This document shows positions 55,245-64,000 of a DNA stretch of 64,000 bases, piece by piece. Both the position numbers and the translations under genes were made by a program. Source of the stretch: Patescibacteria group bacterium (lineage in GTDB: Bacteria; Patescibacteriota; Patescibacteriia; UBA1558; GWA2-36-10); the NCBI GenBank assembly GCA_018819405.1, contig JAHJQF010000001.1:817469-881468 (forward strand), given 5' to 3'. The notes below the pieces were generated by a model. The model ran no database searches, had not been told where the DNA came from, and saw only the letters and a program-made list of their open reading frames with translations. Each line of letters opens with the position of its first letter. The first letter of the stretch is position 1.

Positions 55245-57020
55245 CTATATACCCTGAAATTTGACATTTATATCAAATAAATCAGCACCGTTTTCTATGG
55301 TGTAACTAAAAATTTGGTAGCCCTGAAGTTGTATTTTTTCTTTATCTATTTGGCTAATATTAGATAAAATATTTAATATATACTCATCTTTAGCCATCAA
55401 AAATATAAATTTTATAGTAGCTTTTAGTGTGTCTCCTGGCACAAACTCCTCGGCCGGAGGGTCAGCTGATATAAGTGAGGAGGACAATACCTGAGGGATA
55501 ATATAATACCCTTCTCTGGCATATTGCTGGTTTAGATAAGGCAGTATTGCCTCGCCAGCTTGGTTTTCCAATGAGTCCAAAGAGCTCTCATAATCAGCGT
55601 CAGTAAGTATTTCATATTCAAAATCTATATTAAAATATTCACCTAAAACAAAATTGTCAATATCACCTCTACTAGCATTACTGACGAAAATATGACGGGT
55701 CATACTTTCTGTCTGCTGAATATTGTCTACTGGACTAGCCTGCTCTGTTGGCACAACCGATATTTCTTCAACTGGCTTGGAAAAATAACCAGAGATATTA
55801 TCTTTGAAAATATATATAGCCAAAGCACCAACAATCAACAAGGCCATTAGCAAAAACAGCCAAATCTTTTTGAAGTTAAATTTTAATTTTTTTGCTTGTT
55901 TTTTTCCAGAATCTTTACTACTATCTTCTGATTTATTATTTTTGCTTGTTTTATCATTTTCAGATGATTTATCTTTTGGCAAATTACTATAAAAGTCTAT
56001 TTCTGTATTTTCCTGAGCTAACCTAGCTAGACCAATAGCATTGATATATTTACTTGGTGATATTCCTTGCTTAAATAGATTACTATGCACAAAAGGCTGG
56101 CCTATATATGCCGGCAAATTTAAATTCTGGCCAAAGTATTGATCAATGCCCTTCATTTGAGCCAGACCGCCAACCAAGACAACTTGCTCTATCTTTTTAC
56201 CAGAATTATCCTCAAAATGCGTAATAAATCTTTTTAGCTCATCTATCAGCGGTTGAAATTGACCCTGAATAATAAGCATAATTTCCCCATTGCCATCTGG
56301 AGTTAAGCCAATGTCTCTTTTCTTTTCTTCAGCAGTGCTATGAGATATATTGAGTTTTTTGGCAATAGCGCTGGTCAGATTATTTCCGGCAATATTTATG
56401 TTTATACTGGAATAAATACCATTATCATCAAAGACAGAAGCAATGGTTGTCCTGGCGCCAATATCCAAAAGTAAAGTGATATTTTTTTTGAACTCATCAT
56501 CTAATCCAGCAAATGAACTGACAGCCTCTGAAGTAATAAATTGAATATCAATACCAAGCTCTGAAAAAACTTTTACCAAATCATAAACTATATCTATCTC
56601 AGCCGCCGAATAAAAAACCTCTCTCTGTTCTCCATTTGATTTGAGAATTTTGGCTGCTGATACCAAACTAGCCCTATTCTCTGGAAATAATTCTTCAGCT
56701 TTATTGCTAGCTGCTCTTATCAAATCCTTGTCTTTGAGATTTTTTGGCAAGGTAAAAACTTTGGAATAGATTTTTGATTCTGGAACAGACAGTGCCACTT
56801 TTTTGTAACTTTCCATTGAATGTGGCTGCCCGTTTTTGAGCATTTTTAAGATGGCCTCTTTCAATCTATTTTTATCCAAAATCCTACCATCATCTACAAT
56901 CTCAGGAGAAAGACGAAAACGAGAATAAGCATCTATATCAAAATGCCCTCGGGACTTGTCTATTGCCACAGCCTCAATAGAAAAATCTGAAATATCTATA
57001 CCTATTGTATTTTTTGCCAT
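55245..57020 (-). CDS. pilM: Type IV pilus assembly protein PilM fused to a PilN/PilO-like membrane segment
   Basis: 591 aa. N-terminal actin-like ATPase fold (IGIDISDFSIEAVAID ... DIGARTTIASVF), central Lys/Ser-rich linker, TM helix and C-terminal periplasmic domain. Confidence 0.7.
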   Translation of the reverse strand: MAKNTIGIDISDFSIEAVAIDKSRGHFDIDAYSRFRLSPEIVDDGRILDKNRLKEAILKMLKNGQPHSMESYKKVALSVPESKIYSKVFTLPKNLKDKDLIRAASNKAEELFPENRASLVSAAKILKSNGEQREVFYSAAEIDIVYDLVKVFSELGIDIQFITSEAVSSFAGLDDEFKKNITLLLDIGARTTIASVFDDNGIYSSININIAGNNLTSAIAKKLNISHSTAEEKKRDIGLTPDGNGEIMLIIQGQFQPLIDELKRFITHFEDNSGKKIEQVVLVGGLAQMKGIDQYFGQNLNLPAYIGQPFVHSNLFKQGISPSKYINAIGLARLAQENTEIDFYSNLPKDKSSENDKTSKNNKSEDSSKDSGKKQAKKLKFNFKKIWLFLLMALLIVGALAIYIFKDNISGYFSKPVEEISVVPTEQASPVDNIQQTESMTRHIFVSNASRGDIDNFVLGEYFNIDFEYEILTDADYESSLDSLENQAGEAILPYLNQQYAREGYYIIPQVLSSSLISADPPAEEFVPGDTLKATIKFIFLMAKDEYILNILSNISQIDKEKIQLQGYQIFSYTIENGADLFDINVKFQGI

Positions 57021-57037
57021 ATTAAAAATTTATTTTA

Positions 57038-57895
57038 TTACAAACACTCCGAAACACAGCTACCACAATCAACGGCGCAATATGGATTTCTTGTACACCC
57101 AACCGGAGAGGTAAAAGTCAGATTAGAACCACCGCAACTTACTCCAGTATAATCACAGGCCTCCCCGCCAGCATAAGCAGCGCTACAGGTAGCATTACAA
57201 TAGCCACTTCCTGATTGTAGCGTACCATCACCGCAACTTTCTGTCACTACATTGCCGTCATCGCAAGTTTCATTGAGACCCAAACTGGCACTACAGTCGG
57301 CACTACAACCACCTACAGTAGTATCACCATCACCACAGCTCTCTGTCACTGTATTACTATCATCACAAGCCTCATCGCCTTCTATAGTACCATTGCCACA
57401 GACTGCACAAACTCCACAATCAGCTCCACAGGTTGAACAAGTCTCAATACCATTACAAGAGCTGTCGCCACAATAAGTAAAAGAATTATAAGACATGTTT
57501 GAATTTTTGTAAGAATATATAGAAACAGGTGTAGTAGAAACATTGACCATTACAATCACCGTATCTTCCCAATAACCCACGTCAGAGGTGGTACTGGCAG
57601 TCGACGTCACAGTTTTTAAGCCTCCATCTATAACCGAGCTTATTTCATAATAACATTTTGTACCAAGCTCAGACAAATAATAAGTGCCTGTGGCATCAGT
57701 ACTTGATGCTATCCTATATAGTGCATCATCAATACAAGCATTGTTTTCTACTGATACCTGCTCTGATTCACTGACATGATAGCTGGAAGTCAAATCAGAA
57801 ATATTCAATAATGATACAGTCAAACCAGCTACAATCGTCAAAGTAGTAATCATTATCACAAATATCAAGGCTATAGCTCCTTTATTATTTATCAT
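57038..57895 (-). CDS. Secreted Cys-rich repeat protein (pilus-associated?), hypothetical
   Basis: 285 aa with an N-terminal hydrophobic anchor and a C-terminal half of CGDG/CDDGN-type Cys-rich repeats. Confidence 0.4.
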   Translation of the reverse strand: MINNKGAIALIFVIMITTLTIVAGLTVSLLNISDLTSSYHVSESEQVSVENNACIDDALYRIASSTDATGTYYLSELGTKCYYEISSVIDGGLKTVTSTASTTSDVGYWEDTVIVMVNVSTTPVSIYSYKNSNMSYNSFTYCGDSSCNGIETCSTCGADCGVCAVCGNGTIEGDEACDDSNTVTESCGDGDTTVGGCSADCSASLGLNETCDDGNVVTESCGDGTLQSGSGYCNATCSAAYAGGEACDYTGVSCGGSNLTFTSPVGCTRNPYCAVDCGSCVSECL

Positions 57896-57904
57896 GAATT
57901 TTTA

Positions 57905-59200
57905 TTAATAATCCCCTTGTGATTGCAGAGCCCAGATTTCTGCTTCACTAAGTGCCCGGTTATAAATACGCAAGTCGTCTATGATACCGTCAAAAGCTGC
58001 ACTACCTAGTGATACATTGAAATCTCCCGAATCATTTACCAAGTTTAACACTGTACCTGGTGAAGTGGAAGTAGCCACGCCACTGTTGGCTTTTTTGTAA
58101 ACATAAACCTGAAAACGATTGTTGGGATAATCATACACACAAGTCACCAAATATATACTACCATCGGCTGCTACAGTAGCTGAAGTATTTGTATCTTGAG
58201 AAGCAGTACTGTCATAAACCCGACAATAAACATCCCCTGAACTATTTATCCAAAGCTTGTAGCCCAGATTGCTAGCGCCGGTTTCTTTGGCTACAATGTC
58301 TCCTTCAGTTGGTAATGATTCCGGTTTCATCCAGGATGAAATAGTAAACTGGTCGGAAAAATTAAGATTGTTAGGATTAGTCGGACTAGTTGGTGTGCAA
58401 AGATTGCTATTGGTTGCTTCAAAATCAAGACCATAACTGCTTCCGTCTACAATACCGGTAATATAAGCTGCCTCGCTTCCACCAGGCGCACAAGTCAAAT
58501 CGTTGCTATCCTGATAATCAGTCGGCGTAGTGCCACTACCTTCTTCAAAAGACCAAAAAGACACCAGCCCACTTGGCGGTTCACTGTACATAACTACTGT
58601 ACTAGAGGCCGTGGAAGTAGCTCGTTTATTTATTTGTCCGCCAGATAAAGTACCAACTGATAATAAAGTGGTAACACTTGTATAGGGATTGGAGGTTGAG
58701 GTAGCTGTAGAGCTAGAAAATACCAAGCTGCCATTTAATATATCCACATCCATTGATGTCAGATAATAAGTGTTTACTGCCGGATACACAGTAGTGTCAC
58801 AATTTTTGTGATGGCCGTTGCCGTTCATATTGGGATAGCAAGTCATAGCTAGACGTCTGTCATCTACCGTAATTCTCACTCCCCCGCCAGTTTCTACACA
58901 ATTGCCTGGTAGATAATTATCATTATTAAAATAAAGAGCCAAGCTAGGCGGCGAAGCTCCAAAGTCCGAACAATAGCCATCAGTATCCTTGAGTAGGCCA
59001 TCTGAATTGGCCATCAGATAATCAACCGCACTAAGAGCCACTCGACGATTGCGTGACACATCAACATTGGCCGCTAGCTTGGAAGAAGTATTGGCCAAAG
59101 TCAAATAAAAATTTACCACTGCAGTCAAAAGTATCCCCACAATAGCCAAATAAATAATTGTCTCAATAATTGATATTCCTTTTTGATTTTTTATTATCAT
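57905..59200 (-). CDS. Minor pilin-like protein with C-terminal LamG/ConA-like lectin domain
   Basis: 431 aa. Prepilin-like N-terminus (KGISIIETIIYLAIVGILL) and C-terminal LamG_3 ending DDLRIYNRALSEAEI. Confidence 0.6.
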   Translation of the reverse strand: MIIKNQKGISIIETIIYLAIVGILLTAVVNFYLTLANTSSKLAANVDVSRNRRVALSAVDYLMANSDGLLKDTDGYCSDFGASPPSLALYFNNDNYLPGNCVETGGGVRITVDDRRLAMTCYPNMNGNGHHKNCDTTVYPAVNTYYLTSMDVDILNGSLVFSSSTATSTSNPYTSVTTLLSVGTLSGGQINKRATSTASSTVVMYSEPPSGLVSFWSFEEGSGTTPTDYQDSNDLTCAPGGSEAAYITGIVDGSSYGLDFEATNSNLCTPTSPTNPNNLNFSDQFTISSWMKPESLPTEGDIVAKETGASNLGYKLWINSSGDVYCRVYDSTASQDTNTSATVAADGSIYLVTCVYDYPNNRFQVYVYKKANSGVATSTSPGTVLNLVNDSGDFNVSLGSAAFDGIIDDLRIYNRALSEAEIWALQSQGDY

Positions 59201-62200
59201 TAGCGATAATTAAATTTTGCTCCATATAAAGTAGGCGTTTCCGTGTTGCTATTGCAAGCTGTCATATCAACTTTGTAGCGCAAATATCTTTTGCCATTTA
59301 AAGTAGCATCCGTACTACTGGTATAGTAGCTTACGCTAGTATCACTATATACTTCGCTGATGACATTGCCAGAGGCAAAAGTAGAATCATCACTCACCTC
59401 AGCTGTAATTTGCAAAGCGCAGCCAGTAGGCAAATTTTGCTCTACTGTAATACTCTTGAGTTCTTTATCAGATGACCCCAAATCTAAAATAGAAGAATAT
59501 AGACTACCTGGGCTCTCATAACCACTGGCCAAAGCTTGACTGCCAATACTATAAAAAGTGGAAGTAGTATTTTCGTTATTATAAGCAGTTTCTACCCAGC
59601 CGGCAGTTTTGGCAGTATTAGCCAGCCTAACTTCATCAAGTAAGCCGTTCATCCAATACGCATTTGTCTGAATAGTTCCCGTGATAATACCGCCTGTGGT
59701 ATTTAATAAATTATAATCAGTAGCATATTCAGTAAGATATGATCCATTTTTATAAACTGTAGTAACAGGTCTATCAAAAACCACATCTATTTTTGTCCAC
59801 TCTCCCCAATTAAATACATTATTATAAGGACCATAACTATTAAGAGTATTAGTATCATCCCATATTTGTAATCTTAAATAAGAGGGGTCTGCTTCGCTAG
59901 CAAAAAATCTACTACCAGCTATACTTACTAAACCATTCAAAGTACTAGCACTAACACCACTTATATTTACCCAAAAAGACCAAGTAAACTGATCAACAAA
60001 ACCAAAATTATCAGAATGGACAGCATAGCCATAATCAGCATCCCCATCATAAGAAAAAGCTGTACCAATTTTACCAGAAGTATTCTCTGCGACATTGTTA
60101 TAATTGGTCAAATAATTATGAAAAGCCGAACTGTCTCCTTGTTTATTTAATAATTCATGGTGCTTTTGCATGTGATTTACATATTTATAATCATTATTAT
60201 TCCAAACGCCCTCCATCCTTTCTTGGGTGTTCTCTATATTACTATTGCCATAAAACATATAAATATCTTTATTAGTACTTAGGATTGGTACTTCTACCCA
60301 AGCAACAAATTCGCCTGTGCTGGAGCTATATTTTTCTATTTCATGATCCAAGATTGTAGTCCCAGCTGAATCAGAGGTAAATATAATATCATAACCCTTA
60401 TCACTTTCTACATTACCGCCATTGGTAGTTGTTTTTAGATAATCCTGTGTCTCGGCAAACAAAAACGGAAAATTGCTGTGAGGACCGCTGATTACTTTGG
60501 TACCACCAGAATCAATAGTAATAGTTCTTTTATAATCATAACCAGAACCAGTATTTCTGGTTTCTGGACGGGGCAACCAGCTAATACCGTCAGCTACTGC
60601 CGCTTGCCCATAATCTTGGAAAAGATAGCCCCCTTTGGAAGAAACATATTGTAAAAAATGATGAGGCAAAGTACTAAGTATACTTTCAATAGTAGTAGAA
60701 TCCTCGGTCAAACTTTGGCTTAGATTTGAAACATCAGATACGTCAATAATAGCCAGATTACCAGATGTTTTGGCTAACACCAAAACCTCACCATCGCCAT
60801 CATATTCTAATTCAGCTGTATCATTGAAAGTACCCGGATCAATAGTATCCAATACAGTCAAAGCACTACCTGTATCTCTTATTGTTTTTATTTCAGATGT
60901 CGAGTCAGCGCAAACTATGACAAATTCATTTCCACTGCCATTATCACCCAAAGATTCTAGGTCATCACAATCCCCCGAGCCTTCATAAGCATATGACAAG
61001 CTTGGTACTGTACTTGATGAGATATCCCATTTAGCTAGAGCATAAGATGCATAATCAGTCACAATATACATATAAGGAGTAGCTCCCGAATCATCTAGCC
61101 ACATTCTATTTGGTGCAGTGCCCCACTGATTCCAAGATGGTACAACCAGACTATCGTCTCCACCACCGCCATCTCTTTTGGCAGTCAAGGTAGAGCCATC
61201 TGCCGATACCTCATAAGCATAAAATCCGCCATAACTACTGATAGCATAAAGCATGCTAGCATCTGAGCTCAATATTATATCCTTACCAACTAGACTATCA
61301 CCAGACATATAATCATCAGATAACTCAGAATCTACTATGCTACCATCGCTAGTATCTATTACCCATACAAAAGGTATTGTAGCGATTTCAGCATTATCAA
61401 GATCATAATTTAAAGCATAAAGATACCTACCATTTGGGTTTATGGTCATAGCTCCTACCTGCTCAGGCATAGCATTTTCCCATAATAAAGCATTGAATAT
61501 ATTTTCTCTTATATTTGTAATATCCAAAGCTTTTATATCAACATTTGTTTGACCAAAAGAATACAGAGTATCACCGTCTGGTGATTCTACATATCCATGC
61601 ATTTGCCGCCAAGCTCCCAAATCATACTGAGTAGTAGTAGCAAAGCTTGTCAAATTTCCATATATAGCCCCCGGAGCAGCTGTCTGTGACAAAACCAATT
61701 CTCCAACAGTTGTAGTGCTGACATTACTATATGATGAAGAAGCCATAGTCAAACTTGACCAAAACTCCCTATCTCCCACTCCTGACCAATCTGATTGCTC
61801 CCAAGTCTTGTATGACCAATTGGTAATATAAGTAGTAAGTACATAATCAGCCATTCCCGTAGCCGAGACTGTGACTATAATTTTTTTGGTGTTGGGATCT
61901 ACTGTGCCTCCGGAATCAACTATTTCCCAAGTGCTATTTCTCTCAACATCACTTATCACAATAGTCCTAGTCAAATCTCCCAAAGTATTACTGGTACCGC
62001 TAAATTCCCAATAACCATTGGCGTTTTGAGCTACGCCTTGATTGCCAGTGCCCGAGACTGTCTCAATCTTCTGCCAGCTATTGTCACGAATTGCTTTGGT
62101 TATTTCTATACCTTCTTGAGCAAACTCAACCACAGTCTGCTTGTCACCCTTACCAGAATAATTACGATAAGAATTGGTCACCACTGAAAAAACACCAGAA

Positions 62201-62280
62201 GCTAAAATTACAAAAATACCAACAGCCAGTATGACTTCTACCAGATTAAAACCTTTTTTATTTTTGTATATTTTATTCAT
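59200..62280 (-). CDS. Giant pilin-like protein (1026 aa) with beta-propeller-like region and LamG domain
   Basis: N-terminus KGFNLVEVILAVGIFVILASG (prepilin type). C-terminal LamG block LLDEVRLANTAKTAGWV. Confidence 0.6.
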   Translation of the reverse strand: MNKIYKNKKGFNLVEVILAVGIFVILASGVFSVVTNSYRNYSGKGDKQTVVEFAQEGIEITKAIRDNSWQKIETVSGTGNQGVAQNANGYWEFSGTSNTLGDLTRTIVISDVERNSTWEIVDSGGTVDPNTKKIIVTVSATGMADYVLTTYITNWSYKTWEQSDWSGVGDREFWSSLTMASSSYSNVSTTTVGELVLSQTAAPGAIYGNLTSFATTTQYDLGAWRQMHGYVESPDGDTLYSFGQTNVDIKALDITNIRENIFNALLWENAMPEQVGAMTINPNGRYLYALNYDLDNAEIATIPFVWVIDTSDGSIVDSELSDDYMSGDSLVGKDIILSSDASMLYAISSYGGFYAYEVSADGSTLTAKRDGGGGDDSLVVPSWNQWGTAPNRMWLDDSGATPYMYIVTDYASYALAKWDISSSTVPSLSYAYEGSGDCDDLESLGDNGSGNEFVIVCADSTSEIKTIRDTGSALTVLDTIDPGTFNDTAELEYDGDGEVLVLAKTSGNLAIIDVSDVSNLSQSLTEDSTTIESILSTLPHHFLQYVSSKGGYLFQDYGQAAVADGISWLPRPETRNTGSGYDYKRTITIDSGGTKVISGPHSNFPFLFAETQDYLKTTTNGGNVESDKGYDIIFTSDSAGTTILDHEIEKYSSSTGEFVAWVEVPILSTNKDIYMFYGNSNIENTQERMEGVWNNNDYKYVNHMQKHHELLNKQGDSSAFHNYLTNYNNVAENTSGKIGTAFSYDGDADYGYAVHSDNFGFVDQFTWSFWVNISGVSASTLNGLVSIAGSRFFASEADPSYLRLQIWDDTNTLNSYGPYNNVFNWGEWTKIDVVFDRPVTTVYKNGSYLTEYATDYNLLNTTGGIITGTIQTNAYWMNGLLDEVRLANTAKTAGWVETAYNNENTTSTFYSIGSQALASGYESPGSLYSSILDLGSSDKELKSITVEQNLPTGCALQITAEVSDDSTFASGNVISEVYSDTSVSYYTSSTDATLNGKRYLRYKVDMTACNSNTETPTLYGAKFNYR

Positions 62281-62281
62281 T

Positions 62282-63358
62282 TTAATAGTTTTTTAAACAC
62301 CTGATTGAAAAACCCCAGGCCTGACTATTACTAGTCTCATCCATAGTAGCTGTCAAAGTATCAGTATAATGTACATAAGCTTCTGTGGGCGCGGCATCAT
62401 TATCAGTCGAGCTCCAAAGCGCACTTATATCAGCATCGTCATAAGTATCGGTAACAGTATTCATTTCATTTGATTCCAATAGATTAAATCCTGAACTACC
62501 ACCAATTTTTAATTCCGTACCGTCAGACGCAGACGAATAATTTGCCTCAAGAATATCTAACTGAGAATCAGAAGGGATATGCCAGCCAGCCGGACAAATA
62601 CCCCGCGCTCCTTCAGTAGTAACATAGCCCATGGCCTCATCCCAATGATACAAACCACCTGTCACAGCACAATTAGCACTTGAATCTCCATTGCACCATT
62701 TTTCTATCAAGCCATTGTCAGTTGGATCAGTAGCTGCACTGGCCAACATTGTACCAATATTAAGATTTTGTGCCATCCAACACTGACTGCCAATTTTAAC
62801 TGTATCATAGGCATTACCCTGATCATCAAACATTTGACTTTCTCCACAGCTAAATATTGATGTGACTCCGCTAGTATTTACTACTACTGATTTTTGATCT
62901 CCAAAATTACTCTTCAAAACTATCCACTGGTCAGTAGAAGTGCCAGTCGTAGTCGCTAACCAGCCTGATGAAGGCGCAAAATAAAATTCATTTACCTGAC
63001 TAGCCTCAAGATATACTCCCGTAGTACCTGACAATTCTACCACCTGATCAAAACTAGCGTCTCTATCCGAATAAATAACCCCTTTATACATCACCACACA
63101 ATCAGCACTATCAGCACAGTGAGAGTCTGAATCAAGCACCTTGATGCCCCAGACATCGTCACGATAACCGGTCATAGAATAATTCTGTGCTTTGGCTACC
63201 ATATCAGCTACTTGCTTAACTTTGTAAGTCAAATCCTCCTGGTTTACTCTATTATTTACCAAAGAAACCGATCCAGCCAAAAGAATCACAAATACAGCTA
63301 CTATAAGTAGAACTTCAATAAGTGTAAATCCATTTTTTTCTTTTTTCTTTATATCCAC
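62282..63358 (-). CDS. Minor pilin-like protein (358 aa)
   Basis: N-terminus NGFTLIEVLLIVAVFVILLAG (prepilin signal). Confidence 0.55.
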   Translation of the reverse strand: MDIKKKEKNGFTLIEVLLIVAVFVILLAGSVSLVNNRVNQEDLTYKVKQVADMVAKAQNYSMTGYRDDVWGIKVLDSDSHCADSADCVVMYKGVIYSDRDASFDQVVELSGTTGVYLEASQVNEFYFAPSSGWLATTTGTSTDQWIVLKSNFGDQKSVVVNTSGVTSIFSCGESQMFDDQGNAYDTVKIGSQCWMAQNLNIGTMLASAATDPTDNGLIEKWCNGDSSANCAVTGGLYHWDEAMGYVTTEGARGICPAGWHIPSDSQLDILEANYSSASDGTELKIGGSSGFNLLESNEMNTVTDTYDDADISALWSSTDNDAAPTEAYVHYTDTLTATMDETSNSQAWGFSIRCLKNY

Positions 63359-63374
63359 TTTTTATTTAAAAAAA

Positions 63375-64000
63375 TTATCTGCCAACTTGGCTAGTCAAAT
63401 CATAGATTGGATTGATAATAGCCATAGCTACAAAACCAACACCCAAACCAATCACTACCAAAAGTATTGGTTCCAAAAGAGTAGAAAGATTTTTGGTGTC
63501 AGTATCAACCTCTAGTTCATAAAAATCCGCTAAATAGTCTAAAACTTCACCCAAATTACCGGATTCTTCGCCTACTTTGGTCATGCGCGATACAATACTA
63601 GGAAAATGACTTTTACTTCGCAGAGCATCAGCCAGTGAATTTCCCTTTAACACTTTATGATAAAGAGCAATTGTTTCATTTTTGAAAACATCATTGGTCA
63701 AAGTCTCAGCTACAATTTGCAAAGATTGATCAATAGTAATACCACTACTAAGTAGTGATGATAATGTCCTACAAAAAAGAGCCAAATTCATATTCTTTGT
63801 AATTTTGCCAGTAATTGGCAAGCTTATTATTATTTTATGTAAAAATAAACGACTAGGTCGGATTTTTAACATAAAATTCCATATAAGCATTAAAATAACA
63901 AGACCTAAAATCACCCAGATCCAATAATTGGCAAAAAAACTGGCCACGGCCATCAATATTTTAGTGGTTGTCGGCAGATCTATCCTCAAGCTGTCAAAAA
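63375..64000 (-). CDS. pilC: Type IV pilus/T2SS platform protein PilC/GspF, C-terminal part; gene continues beyond the window
   Basis: GspF-domain blocks (LSSGITIDQSLQIV, KVGEESGNLGEVLD, ILLVVIGLGVGFVAMAIINPIY). The ORF is open to the window edge. Confidence 0.75.
   Translation of the reverse strand, partial: FDSLRIDLPTTTKILMAVASFFANYWIWVILGLVILMLIWNFMLKIRPSRLFLHKIIISLPITGKITKNMNLALFCRTLSSLLSSGITIDQSLQIVAETLTNDVFKNETIALYHKVLKGNSLADALRSKSHFPSIVSRMTKVGEESGNLGEVLDYLADFYELEVDTDTKNLSTLLEPILLVVIGLGVGFVAMAIINPIYDLTSQVGR

Noticed and set aside
1-64000. CRISPR arrays, alternative genetic code (UGA recoding), transposase/integrase genes
   Set aside because: No regularly spaced direct repeats were found. 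Long conserved genes (dnaK, uvrA, uvrB) are intact with standard stops, consistent with code 11. No transposase or integrase ORF was seen despite the foreign-looking cassettes.

Overview
This is an AT-rich bacterial chromosome segment, visibly about one-third GC, with compact genes mostly on the minus strand. The gene content looks like a CPR/Patescibacteria-like genome: short MetK, short UvrC lacking an HhH tail, a type IV pilus cluster and many glycosyltransferases. In order, the window holds the following blocks. (1) A cell-envelope glycosylation locus: the rfbB 5' part, a HIT gene, a GIY-YIG gene, an ArnT/PMT-like membrane GT, two GT4 and three GT2 genes, a DUF2304-like protein and two SDR epimerases. 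(2) A secreted S8 subtilase with FG-GAP-like repeats, a GH5-like hydrolase and an OLD-family ATPase/Toprim nuclease. (3) HU, then metK with an unannotated SAM-I riboswitch. (4) uvrC-uvrA-uvrB, a stand-alone GC-rich ncRNA candidate, and rlmN. (5) A tRNA-Thr / rpmG / GIY-YIG / tRNA-Trp island that contains a split tRNA-like gene and GC-rich hairpin repeats. (6) FKBP, an M23 peptidase, a PurD-like ATP-grasp enzyme and idi. (7) The heat-shock operon hrcA(CIRCE)-grpE-hsp20-dnaK-dnaJ. (8) A MacAB-like ABC efflux set. (9) A type IV pilus cluster: major pilin, PilM-PilN fusion, four minor pilin-like proteins (two with LamG domains, one of 1026 aa) and a partial PilC. The most unusual signal is a dispersed set of at least nine short, strongly GC-rich expression cassettes (12 small ORFs, 26-151 aa), each with a near-consensus TTGACA promoter, an AGGAGG-type RBS and a GC hairpin terminator, lying between AT-rich housekeeping genes. 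They encode a CheW-like protein, several Cys-rich mini-proteins, a two-helix membrane peptide and unknowns. Other recurring elements are a 30-nt motif ending AACGGGTCTAACGGG-ATG immediately 5' of several start codons, and a GGATTSC-hairpin-SAATGAC element family around the HIT and GIY-YIG genes. All coordinates of non-ORF-track features are hand-derived and may be off by a few nucleotides; the GC statement is visual, not computed.
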